Source of the DNA: Acidimicrobiaceae bacterium
GTDB taxonomy: Bacteria > Actinomycetota > Acidimicrobiia > Acidimicrobiales > JACDCH01
Direction: 5' to 3'
Assembly (NCBI GenBank): GCA_041166685.1
Contig: JBEEGD010000001.1
Location: 1 to 42,975 of the forward strand
Length of the DNA: 42,975 nucleotides
Shown here: positions 26,170-34,298 of the stretch, piece by piece
Layout: the number at the start of each line of letters is the position of its first letter
How positions within the stretch are numbered: the stretch's first letter is position 1
Made by a program: the position numbers and the translations under genes
The notes under the pieces: model-generated
Told to the model about the DNA's origin: nothing
Seen by the model: only the letters and a program-made list of their open reading frames with translations
Database searches by the model: none

Positions 26170-27317
26170 TGGGTGACGTCTCTGGCGTGTGCGACTCGGC
26201 CTTCGCCGGTGTCCGCGACGCGTTTGCGTCGAACTTTTCCGACGGGCTCGAACTCGGTGCATCGTTGTCGATCAGCGTCGAGGGACGAAACGTCGTCGAC
26301 CTGTGGGGCGGTCACCTCGACGCCGCCAAAACCCGCGCATGGGAGCGCGACAGCCTCGTGTGCGTCTTCTCGTGCACGAAGGGTGTCGTCGCGATCGCGA
26401 CGATGTGGGCGATCGAGCGCGGGCTCGTCGATCTCGATGCGCCAGTTGCGAAGTACTGGCCTGAGTTCGCGGCCGAGGGGAAGGACGAGCTGCCGGTGCG
26501 GTGGCTGCTCACTCATGAGGCAGGTCTGCCGGCGATCGGTGTGCGGATGCCGCACGGCTCCCTGAGTGACTGGGACGCGATGACCTCGGCTCTGGCCGCC
26601 CAGGCGCCGTGGTGGGAGCCAGGCACCGCGCACGGCTACCACGGCGTCACCTACGGACACTTGATCGGCGAGGTGTTGCGTCGTGCCACCGGGCGCAGGT
26701 GCGGGACGCTCATCCACGACGAGCTGGCCGAACCGCTCGGCATCGAGTTGTGGATGCCGTTGCCCGCATCGCGCGACGGCGCTACCTCGGGGCTCATCGT
26801 CGACATGTCGTCGGAGGGCACGTTCTTCGATCGCTGGAACCCGAAGACATCGCTCGGCCCACGTGCGTTCGGCAACCCGCCCGACGCCAACGACCCTGCG
26901 CATTGCACCACCGACGAGTGGCGACGAGCCGAGATCCCCGCGGCCAACATGCATTCGAACGCACGCTCACTCGACCGGCTCTACAGCGTGTTGGCGTCCG
27001 GGGGGACGGTGCCCGGCTTCGAACTGGCATCAACCGAGCTCGTCGAAGAATTCGGACGATGCCACGTCCACGGCGACGACAAGGTGATGGAGCTCCCGAC
27101 CGCCTTCGGACTGGGCTTCGAGCACACGATCCCTGAGTGGCGGTTCGGCCCAGGGACGCGCACCTACGGCCACAACGGCAGCGGCGGCTCGCTCGGCATC
27201 GTCGATCCGGACGCGCGCCTTTCCCTCGGCTACGCGATGAACCGGCTGTGGTGGGGCCCCGACCGCACCGACCCGCGCTGGGCCCCCATCTTCGATGCGC
27301 TCTACTCCGCACTCTGA
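26169..27317 (+). CDS. Serine hydrolase, class-C beta-lactamase/esterase family
   Basis: GTG 26169 shares one base with the upstream TAG. The SxxK motif SCTK lies in LVCVFSCTKGVVAIA. Confidence 0.8.
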   Translation: MGDVSGVCDSAFAGVRDAFASNFSDGLELGASLSISVEGRNVVDLWGGHLDAAKTRAWERDSLVCVFSCTKGVVAIATMWAIERGLVDLDAPVAKYWPEFAAEGKDELPVRWLLTHEAGLPAIGVRMPHGSLSDWDAMTSALAAQAPWWEPGTAHGYHGVTYGHLIGEVLRRATGRRCGTLIHDELAEPLGIELWMPLPASRDGATSGLIVDMSSEGTFFDRWNPKTSLGPRAFGNPPDANDPAHCTTDEWRRAEIPAANMHSNARSLDRLYSVLASGGTVPGFELASTELVEEFGRCHVHGDDKVMELPTAFGLGFEHTIPEWRFGPGTRTYGHNGSGGSLGIVDPDARLSLGYAMNRLWWGPDRTDPRWAPIFDALYSAL

Positions 27318-27329
27318 TCCGTCATTGCG

Positions 27330-28520
27330 CTACGACGTGTCGTCCTCGTCGGGTGGTGGTCGCTGGTCCGGGTCGAGTTCGGGGTGGTTTTCACGTTGGA
27401 GGTTGTGGGTGGCGCACCGGCAGCGGCCGTTTTCTTGGGTGGTGAGCCCACCGTCGACGTAACGGATGTTGTGGTCGATGTGGCAATCCTCGGCGGGTAC
27501 ATCACATTCGGAGGGATCCGTACAGTGGCGGTCGCGGACTTCGATGGCCCGGCGCAACGCTCCGGTGAAGAACCGTTGACGGACGCCGACGTCGATGACC
27601 CGGGAGGGGCTGTCGAAGATGATGCGTTCGATGTCGCCTTCACAGAGGTAGGGCACGGCTTGGCCCGGAGACACAACAGTGCCGTCGGAGAGTTCGCACA
27701 TGCGGCTGAAGGTGCCCTGGCCGACGAGGATGGTGATCAGTGGGCGGGGCAGGCGGTGGACACCGTCGCGGTAGCCGGACGATTGGCGGGCCATTATCTG
27801 CAAGGCGTCGGCCATGCGCTGAAAGGCGGTGCGGGGCAGATGCTTGGGTAACGCGTCGGGACCGTGTTCCTCGCGGGCTTCGGCCCAGTCGGCTTCGAAG
27901 AGGCGTTGTTCGATGCGGTGGAGCTCTTCGAGCACCTCGGTGCCGGCGAGGGGGTCGAGGCGGCCGCGGATGTCCACGGTGGCGCCGAAGGTGCGCACGG
28001 CTTTGAGGTGGCGGCCGTCGCGGGTGCAGTAGGGGCGGTCTTGGCCGAGTTCGTCGTAGGCGGCGTCGATCCAGTAGGTGACGACCCGCTCGGCGTCGTC
28101 GCGCCGCAACGCGGCGACGTCGTTGATGAGCAGGGTCTCGTCGCGGGCGAACAACGCGGCCACGGCGGGATGATTGGCGGTGCGGAGCAGGTCGGCTTGG
28201 TCAATCGACAGTTTCCCTTCGTGCACCGCCACGACGGTGGCGGGCATGGTCCGCAACTTCCGGGCTCGGGCCATCTCGGCTTTCGCGTGGCTTTGGGCCA
28301 GCTGGCACTCGCGGGTCAGTCGTCCCCATCCGGCTTTGGAACCGTCGTCGGCCCACAGTTTGCGGGTGTCCCACACCGACAACACTTGAGCGCGGAGCAA
28401 CGCCAACCGGGAATCGGCCGCTTGGAGCTCGATGACCAACCGGTGCAGCTGCTCGTCGGACAGCGCGGCCGGGTCAATGGCTTCTAAGGCGCTGATCGAC
28501 TCGTTCAACAGTGCAGTCAT
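27330..28520 (-). CDS. DUF222-domain HNH endonuclease (REP13E12-like family)
   Basis: ATG 28520 has GAAGGTG upstream. The N-terminal DUF222-like region is LSDEQLHRLVIELQAADSRLALLRAQ. The C-terminal HNH motif is RDRHCTDPSECDVPAEDCHIDHNIRYVDGGLTTQENGRCRCATHN. Confidence 0.85.
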   Translation of the reverse strand: MTALLNESISALEAIDPAALSDEQLHRLVIELQAADSRLALLRAQVLSVWDTRKLWADDGSKAGWGRLTRECQLAQSHAKAEMARARKLRTMPATVVAVHEGKLSIDQADLLRTANHPAVAALFARDETLLINDVAALRRDDAERVVTYWIDAAYDELGQDRPYCTRDGRHLKAVRTFGATVDIRGRLDPLAGTEVLEELHRIEQRLFEADWAEAREEHGPDALPKHLPRTAFQRMADALQIMARQSSGYRDGVHRLPRPLITILVGQGTFSRMCELSDGTVVSPGQAVPYLCEGDIERIIFDSPSRVIDVGVRQRFFTGALRRAIEVRDRHCTDPSECDVPAEDCHIDHNIRYVDGGLTTQENGRCRCATHNLQRENHPELDPDQRPPPDEDDTS

Positions 28521-28622
28521 GGCTTCACCTTCGGATCGCCGTAGCGAGAAGGGAGCGACCGCTCCGAGCACACCGAGACTTCACGAGTCGACCGGATGTG
28601 CACAATATCGTACACATATTCG

Positions 28623-30020
28623 ATGCCGATCGCAAGCCAATCCGAAGGAAATTCTCGAGTCCGTGTGGCGGCCAGACTGACCGTGGTGGTCAAGGTTCCT
28701 GAGACGAGGTACGCGCAGGTCGGTGACGCCGATGTGGCCTACAAGGTGGGCGGTGACGGCCCGCGGGATCTCGTCTACTTCTTCGGAGTGGGATCTCACC
28801 TCGAGTTGATGTGGGACGACCGACTTTTCGGATCGACCTACACGAGGCTGGCGTCGTTCAGCCGACTGATCGCTTTCAACCGCCGCGGCACGGGCGCTTC
28901 GGACAGGGTCCTGCTGGGTGCCCTTCCAACCTGGGAGGACTGGTCCGAGGATGTGCAGGCAGTGATGGATGCCGCCGGTTCCGAGCGAGCCGCCCTCATC
29001 GCCGGGCAGGACGCGGGACCGATCGCCATGCTGTTTGCTGCATCTCATCCAGAACGGATCAGCGCGCTCGTCCTCATCAACAGCAGCGCCCGATTGCGGA
29101 TTGCCGATGACTATCCGAATGGGTTCACCCCGGAGTTCATCGATGAGTGGGTCGAGCAGGTTGCTCGCCTGTGGGGAACACCCGACCTCGTGCGAAGCCT
29201 GATGCCGAGCGCGGCGGAGGACGCCGAGTTCGTCGACCTCATGGCGATGGTTCAGCGTGCGTCGGCGACGCCGCGGAGCGCAGCTGCGCAGGCTCGGCAC
29301 ATGGCGGACATGGACGTCCGCGATGTGTTGCCGCTCATCCAGGCGCCCACGCTGATCCTTCAGGGCAGAAGTTCGTTGGCCTCCATTGAGCACGGCCGGT
29401 ACCTCGCCGCCCACATCCCAGGTGCCCGATTCATCGAAACTGCCGGCGATGACCCGATCATGAACCCCAGCGACCTCTTGGCGATCACCGACGACATTGC
29501 CGAGTTCCTGACCGGCGAGCGCCCTCAGGTCGAGGTCGAGCGCATTCTGACGACGGTGCTCTTCACCGACATCGTCGGATCAACCGAGCGCGCCGCGACG
29601 CTGGGCGACGCTCGGTGGCGAGCGCTTCTCGATTCGCACGATCGAGCGGTGCGGGAACAGTTGCGGCGGTTCCGGGGTCGCGAGATCAAGACCACGGGCG
29701 ACGGGTTCATGGTGGCATTCGACGGCCCGGCGCGCGCGATCCGTTGTGCGACCGCGATCACACAGGTGGCGCACGAGATCGGCATCGAGGCGCGCGCCGG
29801 TCTGCACACCGGCGAGTGCGAGATTCGTGGCGATGACCTCGGAGGATTGGCCGTTCACATCGCCGCGAGGGTGGGAGCGAAGGCCGGGTCGGGAGAGGTG
29901 CTGGTCTCCAGCACGGTGAAGGATCTCGTGGTGGGGTCAGGCCTCGAGTTCCGCGAACGCGGCGAACATGACCTCAAGGGCGTCCCGGGATCATGGAAGC
30001 TGTTCGCCGTCGCGAGCTGA
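28623..30020 (+). CDS. Alpha/beta-hydrolase-fold domain fused to a class III adenylate/guanylate cyclase (LipJ/Rv1900c-like architecture)
   Basis: Hydrolase part: ETRYAQVGDADVAYKV ... ALIAGQDAGPIA. Cyclase part: VLFTDIVGST, EIKTTGDGFMVAF, GLAVHIAARV. The start is uncertain: ATG 28596, ATG 28623 or in-frame GTGs near 28683. Confidence 0.85.
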   Translation: MPIASQSEGNSRVRVAARLTVVVKVPETRYAQVGDADVAYKVGGDGPRDLVYFFGVGSHLELMWDDRLFGSTYTRLASFSRLIAFNRRGTGASDRVLLGALPTWEDWSEDVQAVMDAAGSERAALIAGQDAGPIAMLFAASHPERISALVLINSSARLRIADDYPNGFTPEFIDEWVEQVARLWGTPDLVRSLMPSAAEDAEFVDLMAMVQRASATPRSAAAQARHMADMDVRDVLPLIQAPTLILQGRSSLASIEHGRYLAAHIPGARFIETAGDDPIMNPSDLLAITDDIAEFLTGERPQVEVERILTTVLFTDIVGSTERAATLGDARWRALLDSHDRAVREQLRRFRGREIKTTGDGFMVAFDGPARAIRCATAITQVAHEIGIEARAGLHTGECEIRGDDLGGLAVHIAARVGAKAGSGEVLVSSTVKDLVVGSGLEFRERGEHDLKGVPGSWKLFAVAS

Positions 30021-30820
30021 CGCGCGAGTCGCAGGGGAGGAGATCGCGAGCTCTCATCGTCCTGACGGTGGGGGCGTTGCTCGCCGGATGCGGCGGCTCG
30101 ACGGGCGCGGGCCAGCGTTCGTCCGAGAAGCCTTCGTCCGTGGCCTCCGCCGACCCGGCTGTCCCGGCAGACTGCCCGCCGTCATCCGGCGGCGGTACGC
30201 AGCCCTCGGGTCCGGCGGTCGCAGTCGACTACGTCAACTTCGTGCAGCTCGATGGTGTGAGCTACCTGGCGAGCTCATGGCCCGACGCGTTGCCGGCCGG
30301 GATCAAGCTCGGACCTCCAGTGGCCACGGTGTGCCGAGAAGTCTCGACGCTCTCGGGAATCGTTGGTCCTCGCGACAGAGACGCCGGTTTTCTTGCGCCG
30401 GGTACGAGCCTGCTTCGCATCGACGGCCACGACTCCCGCGTCGCGATCGCGGCCGAGTTCAACGGGCGGATGACATTGTTCGAGGCGGACTCGAATCCCA
30501 CCGCGAGAACCGGGGGCGAGCTCTTCGACTACAGCTCAGGACTCTCGCGTGTGCGAATCCTCGACGGAATCTCGGGCACGCACCTGGTGCGGGAGCTCAC
30601 CGACCCGGAAGCACTCGGGGACCTCGCTCGCGCGATCATGTCGGCGCGCGTCGACCAGGCGACTGAACAACCTCACCGCGACGACGATCGCTGGTTTGTC
30701 GAGCTCACGACTCCTGACGGGCTGACGACAGGCCGAGCCTTCTGGCGCTCAACGGGTGAGTTGTCACGCGGCGTCTTCCTCGACACCGCGGCCGTACACG
30801 TGCTGGAGAACGGTCACTGA
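29993..30820 (+). CDS. Hypothetical lipoprotein
   Basis: ATG 29993 overlaps the cyclase 3' end by 28 nt. A signal peptide with lipobox LLAG-C is present. I recognise no domain. Confidence 0.6.
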   Translation: MEAVRRRELTRESQGRRSRALIVLTVGALLAGCGGSTGAGQRSSEKPSSVASADPAVPADCPPSSGGGTQPSGPAVAVDYVNFVQLDGVSYLASSWPDALPAGIKLGPPVATVCREVSTLSGIVGPRDRDAGFLAPGTSLLRIDGHDSRVAIAAEFNGRMTLFEADSNPTARTGGELFDYSSGLSRVRILDGISGTHLVRELTDPEALGDLARAIMSARVDQATEQPHRDDDRWFVELTTPDGLTTGRAFWRSTGELSRGVFLDTAAVHVLENGH

Positions 30821-30844
30821 CGGGACCGATGCAGCCGAGCAGGC

Positions 30845-32104
30845 TTATTTGATCGCGTTGGGGTCCATGTCCGCGGACAGGCGCTGCAAGTCCTTCACGG
30901 GCACCTTGTCGATCGGTTGCGCGATCTCTTCGACCGTTGGGCCGTACTTCGCAGCCAGCGGCGCGAGCGCATTCAGGTCGAAGTCGTACAGCTTCGCGAC
31001 GTTGCCGGCGAGGATGTCGCGCATCTCCGACTCGGGCACCGACGAGAAGCGCGCCCGGAGATGCTCGCGGGTATAGGGCCACGTGCCCTCGTCGTGGGGA
31101 TAGTCGCTGCCCCACATGAACCGGTCAGCGCCGATCTTGTCGCGCGCGGCCACGTCGTCGGGACCCGGCTGGCTGACACCCATCCAGACGTTCTGATGGA
31201 AGTACTCGGTGGCGTCCTTCGGCAGCACGTGGTCGTCGCTGTACCGGATCTCGCCCGTCGCACCGGTGTCGCGGATGCCGCGGATCGTGTGATCGAGCCG
31301 ATTGAGGAGTGGCGGAACCCATGCACAACCCTGCTCGGTGAGCACCACCTTGAGGCGTGGGAAGCGCTCGAGGATTCCGCCGAGGATCATGTGCACGAGC
31401 GGTCGCTGGCTGTAGAACCCGACCTCGGTGATGTACAGCAACATCGAGATCGGATACGGGCCGTAGTCCGGCGCGCCGGTACCGCCGTGGACGTTGATGG
31501 GCACCTCGAGGTCCTGACACACCTCCCACAGGCGGTCGTACGCCCGGTCGTAGATCGGCGTCATCCACGTCGCCGACGGCGGGATGTTCGGCAACAACAA
31601 GCCCCCACGCAGGCCGTGTTCCTTGATCCATTTGACGTCGTCGATGGCGTCGTCGATGTCGTTGAGGAAGATCTGTCCGATGCCGGCGCGCCGTTCGGGG
31701 AACTCACCGCACCACTCCTCCAGCCAGCGGTTGTGGGCGCGAATGCCCGCCAGTCGGTGTTCGTAGTGCTCGGGCTCCGGTGGCCCGGCGAAGAGCACGA
31801 AGCTCGGGAAGAACGGTGGCACGGTGTTCGGGAAGATGACCTCGCCGACGATGCCATCCTCTTCCTGCTGGCCGTTGCGCATGTCGTTGTCCCAGTTGCG
31901 CAGCCGGCGGTTGTCGCCGAGGTCCTTGTACGGGTTCTTGTACTTCCCGCGCCAGGCGTCGAAGTCTTCGAGGTAGGCCGGATCGAGGTGTTCTCGGTAG
32001 GCGGCGTGACTGCCACCGGCGTGGCAGTCGGCCGAGCTGATCGTGTACCGCTCAGCAGTCTGGGTCCGGGGCGCAACCGCCCCGGGCGTCGTCGCAGTGG
32101 CCAT
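30845..32104 (-). CDS. Amidohydrolase-2 family metal-dependent hydrolase
   Basis: ATG 32104 is the chosen start, because the maximal ORF to 32326 runs antisense into the LivG gene. ISSADCHAG, NVHGGTGAPDYGP and WGSDYPHDEGTWP are present. Confidence 0.8.
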   Translation of the reverse strand: MATATTPGAVAPRTQTAERYTISSADCHAGGSHAAYREHLDPAYLEDFDAWRGKYKNPYKDLGDNRRLRNWDNDMRNGQQEEDGIVGEVIFPNTVPPFFPSFVLFAGPPEPEHYEHRLAGIRAHNRWLEEWCGEFPERRAGIGQIFLNDIDDAIDDVKWIKEHGLRGGLLLPNIPPSATWMTPIYDRAYDRLWEVCQDLEVPINVHGGTGAPDYGPYPISMLLYITEVGFYSQRPLVHMILGGILERFPRLKVVLTEQGCAWVPPLLNRLDHTIRGIRDTGATGEIRYSDDHVLPKDATEYFHQNVWMGVSQPGPDDVAARDKIGADRFMWGSDYPHDEGTWPYTREHLRARFSSVPESEMRDILAGNVAKLYDFDLNALAPLAAKYGPTVEEIAQPIDKVPVKDLQRLSADMDPNAIK

Positions 32105-32117
32105 GGACACAGTCTCC

Positions 32118-32135
32118 GCGAGAACGCGTTCTCGC
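32118..32135. promoter_or_regulatory. Perfect 18-bp palindrome with a KstR-like core (candidate TetR-type operator)
   Basis: GCGAGAACGCGTTCTCGC contains AGAACnnGTTCT. It lies 14 nt upstream of ATG 32104 and 46 nt upstream of GTG 32181, in a 76-bp divergent intergenic region. Confidence 0.6.
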
Positions 32136-32180
32136 GCCAGCCCGCGTTCTACAGTCTGGCCGCTGGCTCTGGGGGTTCGT

Positions 32181-32912
32181 GTGGCGCTGCTCGAGGTGAA
32201 GCAGGTCTCGGTGCACTTCGGGGGCGTCGCCGCGCTCACGGACGTCGATCTCGACGTCGAGGACGGGCAGGTCACGGGCCTCATCGGCCCGAACGGCGCG
32301 GGCAAGACCACGCTGTTCAACGTCATCTGTGGTCTTCAGGGGGCGGACCACGGCCGCGTCGTGCTCGCCGGGGCGGACATCGGTGGCCTCGCGCCGCACA
32401 AGCGAGCCCGTCTGGGGATCGGCCGGACCTTCCAGCGGCTCGAGGTGTTCGGCTCGATGACCGCGCGCGACAACATCCGAGTCGCAGGCGACGTGCGCCG
32501 CACCTGGGCATCCGACGTGCCGCCTTCCGCCGAGGTCGCTGACGAGATCCTCGACCGCGTCGGCTTGCGCCCGGTCGCCAACGAGCGGGTCGACGCGCTG
32601 CCGACGGGGCTGGCTCGGCTGGTCGAGGTGGGGCGGGCGCTGGCCAGCCGGCCGCGGGTGCTGCTGCTCGATGAGCCGTCGTCAGGCTTGAGCGAGGACG
32701 AAACCGACACCTTTGCCAACTTGCTGGACGACCTCTCGTCCGAGGGGCTCGCGATCTTGCTCGTCGAGCACGACGTGGAGTTGGTGATGCGGGCGTGCAA
32801 GCACATCTTCGTGCTCGACTTCGGTCGCATCATCGCGGTCGGAAACCCGACAGAGATCCAAAAGAACGCTCTGGTGCAAAGCGCTTACCTCGGCACGGTC
32901 GCGGGCGAGTGA
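32181..32912 (+). CDS. LivG-type ABC ATPase (locus 2)
   Basis: Walker A GPNGAGKTT, signature LPTGLARLVE and Walker B LLLDEPSSG are present. The start is GTG 32181. Confidence 0.85.
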   Translation: MALLEVKQVSVHFGGVAALTDVDLDVEDGQVTGLIGPNGAGKTTLFNVICGLQGADHGRVVLAGADIGGLAPHKRARLGIGRTFQRLEVFGSMTARDNIRVAGDVRRTWASDVPPSAEVADEILDRVGLRPVANERVDALPTGLARLVEVGRALASRPRVLLLDEPSSGLSEDETDTFANLLDDLSSEGLAILLVEHDVELVMRACKHIFVLDFGRIIAVGNPTEIQKNALVQSAYLGTVAGE

Positions 32913-33853
32913 GGGGCGCGGCGCTCGCCGCCGCGGTTGCGCTGGTCGCGTGCACCAGTACGAGCAACGGGTCACCACCGACGACGAGCGCGGCAGCGGC
33001 GGGTTCGCGCGTCGAGCTCTCACCGCTCGAGGGCAGACCTTCCGCAGTTGCGGTCGGTGCGGACGCGGTGTGGGTGACCGACGATGAGCGCGGCGTGGTG
33101 CTCCGGCTCGATCAACGCAACGGCAAACAGCTCGGTCCACCGATCGCGGTGTCGCCCCACCCGATCGCGATCGACGTCAGCGAGCACACGGTATGGGTCG
33201 CGGACCGGGCTGGCACGATCACGCGCATCGACGCCGCAAGCGCGACGGTGAGTGCTGCCCCGATCGAGGTCGGAGGACACCTCGTCGATCTGGTCGTCGA
33301 CGGCGCGGTCGTGTGGGTGGCCGACATCGAGTCGAGCGTCGTGCTGTCGTTGGATGAAGCGAGCGGCGCGCTGGGTCAGCGGGTGCCGGTGGTCGACGGT
33401 GTGGTGCGGCTCGCCGTCGGACCCGCCGGGCTGTGGGTCACGAACCGTGATCACACCGCGACGAAGATTGATCGTGCCACACGCGGGCCGGGCCCGCCCG
33501 TCGAGGTCGGCGCCGGACCGATCGGCGTCACTGTGGCAGAGAACGTGGTGTGGATCGCGAACGCGGACGACGGCACGGTCAGCCGGCTCAGCGCGGATGA
33601 CGGGCACCTGATCGGCCCGGCCATCGCCGTGGGCGGTACACCGATCAGCGTCGTGGTGGTGAACAACGACGCATTGGTGATCCAACAGGATGGCCGAGCC
33701 GCGAGCCGGATCGACGTTCGCACGGGCTCCGTAGTAGAGCGCGCGTTGGACCTGCACCTTCGACCGCGCGATGCGACATCGTCGGGCGCCGGCACATGGG
33801 TGGTCGGCATCGACCCATCGGCGGCAGTGCTCGTCAGGACGCCGGGCGCTTGA
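32909..33853 (+). CDS. Beta-propeller repeat lipoprotein (YVTN/Vgb-lyase-like blades)
   Basis: The GTG overlaps the LivG stop (GTGA, 32909-32912). Lipobox LVA-C is present. Six ~40-aa repeats end in VWVTDDERGVVLRLD, VWVADRAGTITRID, VWVADIESSVVLSLD, LWVTNRDHTATKID, VWIANADDGTVSRLS and ALVIQQDGRAASRID. Confidence 0.7.
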   Translation: MRGAALAAAVALVACTSTSNGSPPTTSAAAAGSRVELSPLEGRPSAVAVGADAVWVTDDERGVVLRLDQRNGKQLGPPIAVSPHPIAIDVSEHTVWVADRAGTITRIDAASATVSAAPIEVGGHLVDLVVDGAVVWVADIESSVVLSLDEASGALGQRVPVVDGVVRLAVGPAGLWVTNRDHTATKIDRATRGPGPPVEVGAGPIGVTVAENVVWIANADDGTVSRLSADDGHLIGPAIAVGGTPISVVVVNNDALVIQQDGRAASRIDVRTGSVVERALDLHLRPRDATSSGAGTWVVGIDPSAAVLVRTPGA

Positions 33854-34298
33854 CCCTGGCCCGACCGTTCTGCTTCTCGTTGAGTCGCGTCTCGAGCGCG
33901 GCCACGAGCTGTCGGGTCCGCTCCTCGCTCTCCGCCTGCATCTTCTTCGTCACGACGACCCAGAACGTCGACGCCAGCAGAAGGCCGCCCAGGAACACGA
34001 GCGCGAGCCCGACGAGCCCGCCCGAGATCAAGTATGGGATCTGCTCGATCTGACGAAACGTGCCGGACGCGCCGATCCAGCCAAACAACATGAAGTTGAA
34101 GCCGAGGATCACCAGAATCGACGCGGGCACGAGCATCCAGCGCAGCAGGTCGTCGGACGTGGACCGCGACGCGACGTCGTGCAACGACTGGCGGAACCGG
34201 CGACGTCTCGATGCCGCCCGCTCCGCGGTGTCGGCGTCCGTGACCGCGACGACGACCGGCACGTCCATCGCTACATCTTTCTCGCCCACATCAGTCAT
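33834..34298 (-). CDS. Hypothetical small membrane protein (2 TM helices, charged helical C-terminus)
   Basis: The ATG overlaps the upstream stop (ATGA, 34295-34298). Hydrophobic segments are MLVPASILVILGFNFMLFGWIGA and IPYLISGGLVGLALVFLGGLLLASTFWVVV. The tail is KKMQAESEERTRQLVAALETRL. Confidence 0.6.
   Translation of the reverse strand: MTDVGEKDVAMDVPVVVAVTDADTAERAASRRRRFRQSLHDVASRSTSDDLLRWMLVPASILVILGFNFMLFGWIGASGTFRQIEQIPYLISGGLVGLALVFLGGLLLASTFWVVVTKKMQAESEERTRQLVAALETRLNEKQNGRARVKRPAS

Noticed and set aside
28623-30020. The class III cyclase as a possible Pycsar/CBASS-like anti-phage signalling enzyme next to an HNH nuclease.
   Set aside because: The architecture is the housekeeping LipJ/Rv1900c type (alpha/beta hydrolase plus cyclase). 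There is no adjacent cNMP-binding effector. The HNH gene is a DUF222/REP13E12-type element on the opposite strand with its own promoter side.
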